NCBI GenBank assembly: GCA_902763505.1
Contig: CACWSO010000002.1
Location: forward strand, 46,712 to 110,711
Length of the DNA stretch: 64,000 nt
DNA from: an uncultured Eubacteriales bacterium
Lineage (GTDB): Bacteria > Bacillota > Clostridia > Peptostreptococcales > Anaerovoracaceae
Reading direction: 5' to 3'
Below are positions 21,419-29,893 of this stretch, piece by piece. Positions within the stretch are counted from its first letter, which is position 1, and the number at the start of each line of letters is the position of its first letter. Under the pieces are notes generated by a model. That model was given only the letters and a program-made list of their open reading frames with translations. It did not search any database and was not told the origin of the DNA. A program made the position numbers and the translations under genes.

Positions 21419-22648
21419 GTGGAACTTGCTGGAAGAGGAAAAACAATCATCACATATATTTTGACGGGGGTTTGCTGCGGAATCGTCTGCGGCGGAGCCG
21501 CCGTCTTTTTCAGTTGGCTGACCACCTTGTGCGACAATGTATTCCACACCCATGAGAAGTTGATCTTCCTGCTGCCACTCGCCGGTATCGCAGTGGTCAT
21601 TCTGTATGATGAGTTCAGAAAGGAAGACGACCTGACCATGAATGCGCTGTACCGGCATATGCAGGAGGGCAAGCCGCTGTCCTTCTGGCTGGCGCCGATG
21701 ATCGCCACCAGCACATGCCTCGCCTATCTGACCGGGGGATCCGTCGGCAGAGTCGGCTCAGCCCTTCAGATCGGTGGATGCCTGGCAGTCCTGATTGGGA
21801 AGAAGTTCGCCCTGCTGCGCAGGTTCGCGCCGGCACCGGAGCTTTTGCTCGCCTGCGGCATTGCGGCGGGTTTCTGCGGGATTCTGAACGCGCCAATTGC
21901 GGGCGCGGTCTTTGGCGTTGAGGTGCTGGTCCTCAGCTATCAGAAGTGGGTCTACATTGTTCCGACCCTCATCGCTTCATTCATCACATGGGGCATCGCG
22001 CAGGCGGTGGGCATCTATTATGTTGATTTCCACGACCTTACAACGGCGACGATCAGTACCACAGTCCTTCTGAAAGCGCTCGTGGTTGCCTTTGCAGCAA
22101 TGCTGATCGGAAGGCTTTATTGCTTCGTGCGCAAAATCACCGTGCAGGGCTTTGAAGCATTGAACAACAAGTACCTCCGCGTGATTACCGGGACGGTGCT
22201 CGTCATAGCGCTCACACAGATTTTAGGGCATACGAACTGCAACGGAATCGGATTCTCCTACGTCGATGCAGCACTGGACGGGCACAGCGCTACGCTGGCT
22301 TTTCTCTGGAAATTGATGCTTACCGCATTCACCCTGGGATGCGGCATCAGGGGAGGAGAGATTGCGCCGACCATTTTCATCGGCGCGACAGGCTGTTTCG
22401 CCGCAGGATATCTGATCGGCCTGGATCCGGCACTAGCGGCGGCCCTCGGAATCGTCGGAGCGCTTGCGTCGGTGACCAACTGCCCGGTTGCCATCTTCCT
22501 CTACGGACTGGAGGCCATCAGCCTTCGCCCTGAGATGGCGATGTACTTTTTTATCACCGCCTGCATGGCGCACTTCCTGTCCGGTACAGGGGGCATCTAC
22601 AGCGAACAGCGTGCTGAAAAACAGATTCTCAAACCGCGTTTATTCTGA
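21419..22648 (+). CDS. CLC family anion channel/transporter homolog (CLC-F-like features, GTG start)
   Basis: 409 aa. GGSVGRVGSALQIGG and GIAAGFCGILNAPIAGAVF align with ClC-ec1 GMVLGREGPTVQIGG and GAAAGLAAAFNAPLAGILF. GGEIAP aligns with GGIFAP. Confidence 0.8.
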   Translation: MELAGRGKTIITYILTGVCCGIVCGGAAVFFSWLTTLCDNVFHTHEKLIFLLPLAGIAVVILYDEFRKEDDLTMNALYRHMQEGKPLSFWLAPMIATSTCLAYLTGGSVGRVGSALQIGGCLAVLIGKKFALLRRFAPAPELLLACGIAAGFCGILNAPIAGAVFGVEVLVLSYQKWVYIVPTLIASFITWGIAQAVGIYYVDFHDLTTATISTTVLLKALVVAFAAMLIGRLYCFVRKITVQGFEALNNKYLRVITGTVLVIALTQILGHTNCNGIGFSYVDAALDGHSATLAFLWKLMLTAFTLGCGIRGGEIAPTIFIGATGCFAAGYLIGLDPALAAALGIVGALASVTNCPVAIFLYGLEAISLRPEMAMYFFITACMAHFLSGTGGIYSEQRAEKQILKPRLF

Positions 22649-22852
22649 GTCTGATACGGGCTTGTTCCTGAGGACGCAGGGTTGCGCCTGATGCACGATT
22701 TGTATACAGTATTTCACCAACAAAGGGCAAAATACAACTTGTATCAAAATGGGCAGTGTGATAATATTTTATCGGTGATGCGAATAGCATCGCTTTGTCG
22801 TGTTGCTTTTGAAAGTGACACATCATTAGCATGAACAAAGGAGAGCAAATTT

Positions 22853-24019
22853 ATGGGCGCAATAGGCGAAACATTACTTAGGTTCTGGGAGTCGACAGGT
22901 ATCGCCAATTTCGGTTACCAGAACGGTATCATGATTCTTGCGGCACTGTTCTTCCTGTATCTGGCAATCAGACACGGATTCGAACCGCTGCTGCTGGTAC
23001 CGATCGCATTCGGTATGCTTTTGTCAAACCTGCCGATGACAGGAATCTTCATCAATGACGTAGTCCATCAAGGGGTGACCAACTCCAATGAGTTATCTGA
23101 TGCAGGTATCTTCTCCATATTCTATATGTTGAAACCTGTATTGCCATCGCTGATATTCCTCGGTGTAGGCGCGATGACAGACTTTGGTCCGCTCATTGCG
23201 AACCCTAAGTCGCTGCTGATGGGTGCAGCTGCTCAGCTGGGAATATTCTTCGCATTCTTCTCAGCGATCGCTCTCGGATTTACAGCTCAGGAAGCCGGCT
23301 CCATCGGTATCATCGGCGGAGCAGACGGCCCTACAGCTATATACCTTACAACGAAACTGGCAGACCATCTGGTAGGACCTATCGCAGTAGCGGCATATTC
23401 GTATATGGCCCTTGTTCCTATCATACAGCCGCCTATCATGAAGGCGCTGACAACACAGCATGAACGTGAGCTCAAGATGGAACAGCTGCGTACCGTATCA
23501 CAGCGTGAGAAGATTCTCTTCCCTATCGCTGTAACGATCGTAATCGCACTGCTGCTTCCTTCCGTAGCACCGCTGATTGGTATGCTGATGATGGGTAACC
23601 TGTTCAAGGAAAGTGGAAGAACAGCTCGTCTGTCCGACACTTCATCGAATGCTCTTTCGAACGTACTCGTTATCCTGCTCGGAACTTGCGTAGGCGCATC
23701 CGCAACAGGCGAGACATTCATCACCTGGGCAACGATCAAGATCGTTATCCTCGGTGTCCTGGCATTCTGCTTCGGTACTGCAGGCGGCGTATGTATCGCC
23801 AAACTGATGAATGTGGTGTCCAAGACACCAATCAATCCGCTCATTGGATCGGCAGGTGTATCGGCCGTACCAATGGCAGCCCGTGTATCGCAGGTACAGG
23901 GTCAGAAAGCGAACCCTACGAACTTCCTGCTGATGCATGCTATGGGACCTAACGTTGCAGGCGTAATCGGCTCTGGTGTAGCTGCCGGTGTAATGCTCTG
24001 CATGTACGGCGGATATTAA
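22853..24019 (+). CDS. sodium ion-translocating decarboxylase beta subunit (OadB/GcdB/MmdB family)
   Basis: 388 aa polytopic membrane protein. GIIGGADGPTAIY and NPLIGSAGVSAVPMAAR are family signatures. Confidence 0.85.
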   Translation: MGAIGETLLRFWESTGIANFGYQNGIMILAALFFLYLAIRHGFEPLLLVPIAFGMLLSNLPMTGIFINDVVHQGVTNSNELSDAGIFSIFYMLKPVLPSLIFLGVGAMTDFGPLIANPKSLLMGAAAQLGIFFAFFSAIALGFTAQEAGSIGIIGGADGPTAIYLTTKLADHLVGPIAVAAYSYMALVPIIQPPIMKALTTQHERELKMEQLRTVSQREKILFPIAVTIVIALLLPSVAPLIGMLMMGNLFKESGRTARLSDTSSNALSNVLVILLGTCVGASATGETFITWATIKIVILGVLAFCFGTAGGVCIAKLMNVVSKTPINPLIGSAGVSAVPMAARVSQVQGQKANPTNFLLMHAMGPNVAGVIGSGVAAGVMLCMYGGY

Positions 24020-24073
24020 TCTGAAACCACATAAGAGAGAAAATCTCTAAAATCATTTTTATACACTAGGAAA

Positions 24074-24106
24074 ACCCGGCGCGCACCCTTTATCGCCGGG
24101 TTTTTC
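24074..24106 (+). terminator. intrinsic terminator after the decarboxylase beta subunit gene
   Basis: The stem acccggcg/cgccgggt is followed by ttttt. Confidence 0.8.
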
Positions 24107-24149
24107 GTTGCATATATTTCGTGCTATAATGATGCGCGGAGGAAACGAA

Positions 24150-24797
24150 ATGATCGACACAGTAATATTTGATTTTGATGGAACCATCATGGACACGAAC
24201 GATGTCATCATCGGATCGTGGCAGCATGTATATAAAACATTAAGAGGGGAGGAGGGCGATCTGGACTACATTCTTTCAACGTTCGGCGAACCTCTTGAAT
24301 ACAGCATGGAAAACTCTTTCCCAGAGGTCAGTATGGAGGAATCCGTCAAGATCTACCGTGACTGGCACAGAGAACGGTTTCTTGACATGATCAAGCTCTT
24401 CCCGGGCATCACCGAGATGCTGCAGGAGGTCAAAGCCCGCGGTTACAAGACCGCCATCGCATCATCCCGCCTGAGATTCACATTGAACCAGGGCCTTGAA
24501 AAGTACGGTCTAGAACAGTACTTCGATACAGTTGTCGCGGTGGAAGATGCCGAGAATGGAAAGCCGGCTCCGGATATCGTTCTGAATACGATGGAGAGAT
24601 TGGATTCGAAACCTGAGACTTCCATTATGGTAGGCGACTCTCGTCTCGACATTCTCTGCGCCCATAACGCAGGCGTGCCGTGCGTGCTCGTAGGTTGGAG
24701 CGCAACACTCGCCGGCAAAACAAAAGAGGACTTCGCGCCTGGCGAAGCCCCTGATTACATTATTCAAAAGCCAGCAGATCTGCTGGATATCATCTAA
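24150..24797 (+). CDS. HAD-superfamily hydrolase (PpaX/phosphoglycolate phosphatase-like)
   Basis: MIDTVIFDFDGTIMDT (DxDGT motif) and GDSRLDILCAHNAG. ATG 24150 is preceded by GGAGGAAA. Confidence 0.8.
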   Translation: MIDTVIFDFDGTIMDTNDVIIGSWQHVYKTLRGEEGDLDYILSTFGEPLEYSMENSFPEVSMEESVKIYRDWHRERFLDMIKLFPGITEMLQEVKARGYKTAIASSRLRFTLNQGLEKYGLEQYFDTVVAVEDAENGKPAPDIVLNTMERLDSKPETSIMVGDSRLDILCAHNAGVPCVLVGWSATLAGKTKEDFAPGEAPDYIIQKPADLLDII

Positions 24798-25352
24798 TTA
24801 CAGCACGTTTCCTTCTGCGTCAAACAGTGGCAGTTTGCCAAGCACTGTAATGTCGGTTCTGTCGTAAGCATCGCCTTCCGCCAGAACGGCCATTTTGCCA
24901 ACGATGTTTCCGCCGGCTCCTTCCGCAATTTTCTCAAGAGCGGCGAGAGACTGGCCGGTACTGATGACATCGTCTACGATTAACACGCGTTTACCGCGCA
25001 TTTTCTCAACATCATCTTCACCGATATATATCTTCTGGCGCTGGAATGTCGTGATGGAATTCACGTCTGCGCTCAGCGGTTCGCCCATGTACACTTTCTG
25101 GGATTTCAGCGCAACGATGTAATCGTTCATTCCCGCCTGGCGGGCCATCTCATAGATGAGCGGAATGCTCTTTGATGCTGATGTCAGCATGATGTCAAAT
25201 TCAGGAGCGCGCGCGAGCAGTTCCTTGGCTGCATGCTGCGTGACTGCCACGTCTCCGTAGAGAATAAAAGCTGCGATCTGCAGGTCATCTGAGACCTTGA
25301 ACAGCTTGAGCGATTTCTTGTATCCAGCGATATCTACTTCGTAATTCATCAT
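24798..25352 (-). CDS. phosphoribosyltransferase family protein (purine PRT-like)
   Basis: 184 aa with the PRPP motif VLIVDDVISTGQS and a GGAGG ribosome-binding site. Its stop abuts the HAD gene stop with no spacer. Confidence 0.75.
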   Translation of the reverse strand: MMNYEVDIAGYKKSLKLFKVSDDLQIAAFILYGDVAVTQHAAKELLARAPEFDIMLTSASKSIPLIYEMARQAGMNDYIVALKSQKVYMGEPLSADVNSITTFQRQKIYIGEDDVEKMRGKRVLIVDDVISTGQSLAALEKIAEGAGGNIVGKMAVLAEGDAYDRTDITVLGKLPLFDAEGNVL

Positions 25353-25412
25353 TGACCTCCATATGCAAAAGCATCAAAATCTGCTTCCTATCAAAGCATT
25401 AACACATGACTC

Positions 25413-25441
25413 ATTTTACCCCTGCAACGCGCAACTTGCAA
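25413..25441 (-). promoter_or_regulatory. candidate sigma-A promoter for the PRT gene (TTGCAA-17-TAAAAT)
   Basis: On the minus strand, the -35 TTGCAA lies at 25436-25441 and the -10 TAAAAT at 25413-25418, with a 17-nt spacer. Confidence 0.45.
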
Positions 25442-25470
25442 GGTTGCCGAGCGTTGTAAATTACCCCTAT

Positions 25471-25518
25471 TTTGGAAATGATTTGCATGATTTGGAAAGT
25501 GTTGTAACGATTTGGAAA
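25471..25518. repeat. three direct copies of TTTGGAAA at exact 20-bp spacing
   Basis: tttggaaa at 25471, 25491 and 25511. The last two copies are preceded by GA (GATTTGGAAA). Confidence 0.9.
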
Positions 25519-25587
25519 CCATTGGCAATGTATTTAAAAATATGCACAAAATGAACAGAAAATGAGCCAAACAGGAGGCAAAATTCA

Positions 25588-25616
25588 TTGACACTGAACC
25601 CCTGAATTGGTACACT
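25588..25616 (+). promoter_or_regulatory. candidate sigma-A promoter (TTGACA-17-TACACT) upstream of the riboswitch and transporter
   Basis: -35 ttgaca at 25588-25593, a 17-nt spacer, and -10 tacact at 25611-25616. Confidence 0.45.
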
Positions 25617-25734
25617 CAAACTGTGGTAAAGGGACTGCAAAACAGCTGTAATCACATCATAGGAAATAGCGCAAAAAGCACAATATGTTGTGTACGGGTA
25701 AACAGCATTCCACAAGCCATACTAATTCAATACA

Positions 25735-25805
25735 TGCCAATATAAGCACGAAGAAATGGTGTAGTGCGTTTCTACCGTAACGCCTGAGTTACGACTATTG
25801 GGAGT
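25735..25805 (+). promoter_or_regulatory. purine riboswitch aptamer, guanine/hypoxanthine class (C at the specificity position)
   Basis: P1 is CCAAUA/UAUUGG. J1/2 UAUAAG, J2/3 UUUCUACC, P3 GUAAC-GCCUGA-GUUAC and J3/1 GACUAU match the xpt G-box core. L2 AAAUGG and the CC in L3 are available for loop-loop pairing. P2 is irregular. Confidence 0.75.
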
Positions 25806-25820
25806 ACGTAGAAGTTGGCG

Positions 25821-25850
25821 GGCAGGTCTTGTACCTGTCTTTGTTGTTTC
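25821..25850 (+). terminator. riboswitch expression platform: weak intrinsic terminator
   Basis: The stem ggcaggt/acctgtc is followed by tttgttgtttc, 34 nt before the transporter ATG. Confidence 0.5.
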
Positions 25851-25883
25851 TCAAAGGTTTATTCATTTTACGAGGAGGAGAAA

Positions 25884-27095
25884 ATGAAGAAAGTATTATC
25901 ACTGGTTCTTGCCCTCACTATGGTGTTTGCATTCACCCTGACTTTCACAGGATGCGGCGGATCAGACAGTGAAGAAGGCTCAGGCGATGCAGCATTCAAG
26001 GCTGGATTCATCTGCCTGCATGATGAAAACTCAACTTATGACAAGAACTTCATCGACGCAGCTAACGCAGCATGTGAAGAACTGGGCGTTGAGGCAATCA
26101 TCAAGACAAACGTTCCGGAAGGACAGGAATGCTATGATGCAGCTGCTGAACTGGTTGACTCCGGTTGCGGCATCATCTTTGCTGACTCATTCGGTCACGA
26201 AGACTACATGATTCAGGCAGCAAAGGAATTCCCTGAAGTGCAGTTCTGCCACTCAACAGGAACAAAGGCTCACACGGAAGGCCTTGACAACTATCACAAT
26301 GCATTCGCATCCATCTATCAGGGACGTTACCTCGCTGGTATCGCAGCAGGAATGAAGCTGAACGAGATGATCGAAAAGGGCGACATCACTGCTGACCAGG
26401 CTAAGATCGGTTATGTAGGCGCATTCACTTACGCAGAAGTAGTTTCAGGCTACACTTCCTTCTTCCTGGGCGCACGTTCCGTTTGCAAATCCGCTACAAT
26501 GGACGTAACATTCACAGGTTCATGGTATGACGAGACTCTCGAAAAAGAGGGTGCTACTAAGCTGATCGACGGCGGCTGCGTACTTCTTTCACAGCATGCT
26601 GACTCCATGGGAGCTCCAACTGCATGTGAGAACGCAGGTGTTCCTGACGTATCATACAACGGCAGCACAATCGAATCCTGCCCTGAAACATTCATCGTTT
26701 CATCCAGAATCGACTGGGTACCTTACTATGAATATGCAATCCAGGCTGCACAGAACGGCGAAGCAATCGAAGCTGACTGGACAGGCGACCTCGAAACAGG
26801 TTCCGTACAGCTCACTGAGATCAACGAAAACGTTGCTGCAGAAGGAACTGCAGAAGCAATCGAAGAAGCAAAGGCTAAGCTGATCGATGGATCTCTGCAG
26901 GTATTCGACACTTCCACATTCACAGTTGATGGCAAGGCAGTTACTGAGTACGATGCTGACGTAGACACTGATCCTGAGTTCAAGGGTGACACGAACGTTA
27001 TCGAAGACGGCGCATTCATGGAATCCAAGTTCCGTTCCGCTCCTTACTTCGATCTTCAGATCGATGGCATCGAGCTCCTCGATACAAAATTCTAA
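25884..27095 (+). CDS. BMP-family (Med/PnrA-like) ABC substrate-binding lipoprotein, probable purine nucleoside binding
   Basis: MKKVLSLVLALTMVFAFTLTFTGCGG is a lipoprotein signal with a lipobox, preceded by a GAGGAGGAG ribosome-binding site. The track start at 25815 would run through the riboswitch terminator. Confidence 0.85.
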   Translation: MKKVLSLVLALTMVFAFTLTFTGCGGSDSEEGSGDAAFKAGFICLHDENSTYDKNFIDAANAACEELGVEAIIKTNVPEGQECYDAAAELVDSGCGIIFADSFGHEDYMIQAAKEFPEVQFCHSTGTKAHTEGLDNYHNAFASIYQGRYLAGIAAGMKLNEMIEKGDITADQAKIGYVGAFTYAEVVSGYTSFFLGARSVCKSATMDVTFTGSWYDETLEKEGATKLIDGGCVLLSQHADSMGAPTACENAGVPDVSYNGSTIESCPETFIVSSRIDWVPYYEYAIQAAQNGEAIEADWTGDLETGSVQLTEINENVAAEGTAEAIEEAKAKLIDGSLQVFDTSTFTVDGKAVTEYDADVDTDPEFKGDTNVIEDGAFMESKFRSAPYFDLQIDGIELLDTKF

Positions 27096-27114
27096 GCGAG
27101 CAATATACTATGGG

Positions 27115-27145
27115 AAAGCCCCGGAGTCTCCGGGGTTTTCCTGAT
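27115..27145 (+). terminator. intrinsic terminator/attenuator between the binding-protein and ATPase genes
   Basis: The stem gccccgga/tccggggt is followed by ttttcctgatttctt. Confidence 0.7.
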
Positions 27146-27180
27146 TTCTTATTTAGACACAACAGAAAGGAGGAGCGCCA

Positions 27181-28797
27181 TTGAGCTCTCCTGAAAACAG
27201 AGAAGTAGCAATATCCCTGCGGAATGTCACCAAGACATTCGGCTCGATCAAAGCGAATAACAACGTGAGCATGGATATATACAAAGGGGAAATCCTCTCG
27301 CTCCTGGGTGAAAACGGAAGCGGTAAGACGACCCTCATGAACATGCTTGCAGGCATTTATGCTCCTGACGGCGGACAGATTTTTGTCAACGGCGAAGAAG
27401 CCGTGATCAGATCCCCTCAGGATGCTTTTGATTATCAGATCGGAATGATCCATCAGCACTTCAAGCTGGTTGATGTGTTCAGCGCGGCTGAAAATATCAT
27501 CCTCGGCATGCAGGGCAAGTTGAAACTGGACAAGAAGGCCATCCTGAAGGACATTCAGGAAACGGTCGACAGATACGGCTTTGAAATCGATCTGAACAAG
27601 AAGATATATGAAATGTCTGTATCAGAGAAGCAGACAGTCGAGATCATCAAGGTGCTTTACAGAGGTGCGCAGATACTCATTCTCGACGAACCTACGGCAG
27701 TACTCACGCCGCAGGAAACCGAGAAGCTGTTCTTCGTCCTCAGAGCCATGAAGGATCACGGCAGAACCATCGTCATCATCACCCACAAGCTTCAGGAAGT
27801 TCTGGAGCTGTCCGATAGAGTCGCCGTTCTGCGCAAAGGCGAGTACATCGGCGAAATAGAAACGAAGGAAGCAACAGAAAGCTCCCTTACCGAGATGATG
27901 GTGGGCAAGAAAGTTGAACTCAACATAGACAGAACCGATCCTGTAGATGTGAAAGATCTCGTCAGGGTCGAACATCTGACTTGCTTAAATAAATACGGAA
28001 TCAAGGCTCTTGATGATGTTACATTCACCATCAGAGCGGGTGAGATTCTCGGTATCGCCGGAATCGCAGGTGCAGGACAAAAGGAACTGCTGGAAGCCAT
28101 TGCAGGGCTTCAGAAAGCGGAACCGGGAAGCAGCATCATGTACCGTGCTATCGATAACAACGATGAGATTCAGCTCCTGGGCAAGGATGTAAACGATATC
28201 AAAAATCTGGGCATCTCTCTTGCCTTTGTACCGGAAGACAGACTGGGCATGGGCCTCGTCGGAAACATGGGAATGGTAGGAAATATGCTGCTGCGTTCCT
28301 ATAACGAAGGCAGAGGCATTTTCACAAGAGAGAAAGAACCTCGTCAGCTGGCGGAGGAAATCAAAGATAGACTCGAGGTTTCCACACCGAACATCTACAC
28401 ACCAGTCAGAAAACTTTCCGGAGGAAATGTTCAGAAGGTACTGGTCGGAAGAGAAATCTCCCTGGCGCCGAGAGTTCTTATGACAGCTTACGCAGTCAGA
28501 GGTCTGGACATCAATACCTCTTATACGATTTACAACATCCTCTCCGAGGAGAAGCAGAAGGGCGTCGGCGTTGTATACGTTGGAGAAGACCTGGACGTTC
28601 TCGTTGAACTTTGCGATAGAATTCTCGTTCTGTGCGAAGGCAAAGTCAGCGGAATCGTCGATGCGCGTACGACGACGAAAGAAGAACTTGGCGTTATGAT
28701 GACCAAGTACAGCGGCGATCACATTGCTAAGATCAACGTCGCGAAACTTCTTGAGAACGATGAAGATGAGGAGGCGGAAAATGAAAGAGAAGCATAA
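27181..28797 (+). CDS. ABC transporter ATP-binding protein with duplicated ATPase domains
   Basis: 538 aa with a TTG start. GENGSGKTTL is the Walker A motif, and LSGGNVQK and ILILDEPT are signature/Walker B-type motifs. Confidence 0.88.
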   Translation: MSSPENREVAISLRNVTKTFGSIKANNNVSMDIYKGEILSLLGENGSGKTTLMNMLAGIYAPDGGQIFVNGEEAVIRSPQDAFDYQIGMIHQHFKLVDVFSAAENIILGMQGKLKLDKKAILKDIQETVDRYGFEIDLNKKIYEMSVSEKQTVEIIKVLYRGAQILILDEPTAVLTPQETEKLFFVLRAMKDHGRTIVIITHKLQEVLELSDRVAVLRKGEYIGEIETKEATESSLTEMMVGKKVELNIDRTDPVDVKDLVRVEHLTCLNKYGIKALDDVTFTIRAGEILGIAGIAGAGQKELLEAIAGLQKAEPGSSIMYRAIDNNDEIQLLGKDVNDIKNLGISLAFVPEDRLGMGLVGNMGMVGNMLLRSYNEGRGIFTREKEPRQLAEEIKDRLEVSTPNIYTPVRKLSGGNVQKVLVGREISLAPRVLMTAYAVRGLDINTSYTIYNILSEEKQKGVGVVYVGEDLDVLVELCDRILVLCEGKVSGIVDARTTTKEELGVMMTKYSGDHIAKINVAKLLENDEDEEAENEREA

Positions 28798-29893
28798 ACA
28801 TATCAAAGAGCCCCTCGTCAAGCTCTCCAGACGTGCGGACCTGGATAGAAAGCACAGTTGGTCTTACAGAGCACTCGCGATTTTAGCCGCGCTGGTTGTC
28901 GACGGAATCATCATCATGCTGGTGGTTCACATGAATCCGTTCGACATCTATTCCACGATGTTCATGGGCGCATTCGGAACGACCAGAAAAATTTGGGTCA
29001 CACTCAAAGAGCTTTCACTGCTGCTCCTGATTTCCATTGCCCTGACGCCAGCCTACAGAATGAAGTTCTGGAACCTGGGCGGTGAAGGACAGGTTCTCAT
29101 GGGAGCGTGGGCGACAGCATTTTGCATGATTTATCTGGGGGATAAGCTGCCAAGCGGACTGCTGCTCCTGGTGATGTTCGTTGCGGCAATCGTCGTCGGC
29201 GGAATCTGGGCGTTCATCCCGGCTGTCTTCAAGGCGAAGTGGGGAACGAACGAGACGCTGTTCACTCTGATGATGAACTATGTGGCAATCCAGATGGTCG
29301 CCTACTTCATCATCAAGTGGGAGATGCCGAAGGGATCCGGCCATGTCGGCATCATCAATCAGGCGACACAGGCAGGCTGGCTGCCGTACCTCGGCTCCAA
29401 CAGCTATGCACTGGTCGTCGGATTCGTTGTGATCGTCACCATAGGCATGCATGTTTATCTGAAATATAGCAAGCACGGCTATGAAATCTCAGTCGTAGGT
29501 GAGAGCCAGAGGACAGCCACCTACGTAGGTATCAGCGTCGATAAAGTTATCATCCGTACGCTGATCCTCTCCGGCGGCATCTGCGGATTCGCAGGCTGGC
29601 TGATCGTATCCGGTTCCGACCACACCATTACAACGACCCTCGCCGGAGGCATGGGCTTCACAGGCATCATGGTTTCCTGGCTGGCACAGTTCAACGTTAT
29701 CGTCATGATTCTGTGCAGCTTGCTCATTGTGTTCATGGGACAGGGCGCAAGTGAAATCGCCACTTCCTTTGGACTGAATGAAGCCTTCGGAGATATCCTG
29801 ACAGGAATCATCATCTTCTTCATCATAGGAGTTGAGTTCTTCATAAATTACAAACTTCACTTCAGAAAGTCATCAGGAAAGGAGGAAGCATAA
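28781..29893 (+). CDS. ABC transporter permease
   Basis: Polytopic membrane protein. ATG 28781 follows GGAGGCGGA and overlaps the ATPase gene 3' end. Confidence 0.8.
   Translation: MKEKHKHIKEPLVKLSRRADLDRKHSWSYRALAILAALVVDGIIIMLVVHMNPFDIYSTMFMGAFGTTRKIWVTLKELSLLLLISIALTPAYRMKFWNLGGEGQVLMGAWATAFCMIYLGDKLPSGLLLLVMFVAAIVVGGIWAFIPAVFKAKWGTNETLFTLMMNYVAIQMVAYFIIKWEMPKGSGHVGIINQATQAGWLPYLGSNSYALVVGFVVIVTIGMHVYLKYSKHGYEISVVGESQRTATYVGISVDKVIIRTLILSGGICGFAGWLIVSGSDHTITTTLAGGMGFTGIMVSWLAQFNVIVMILCSLLIVFMGQGASEIATSFGLNEAFGDILTGIIIFFIIGVEFFINYKLHFRKSSGKEEA

Noticed and set aside
25363-25715. Small ORFs in the 531-bp divergent spacer (25363-25554 +, 25391-25615 -, 25467-25715 -)
   Set aside because: They have no ribosome-binding sites, odd compositions, and overlap predicted promoters and the phased repeats. 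The region is better explained as regulatory DNA.
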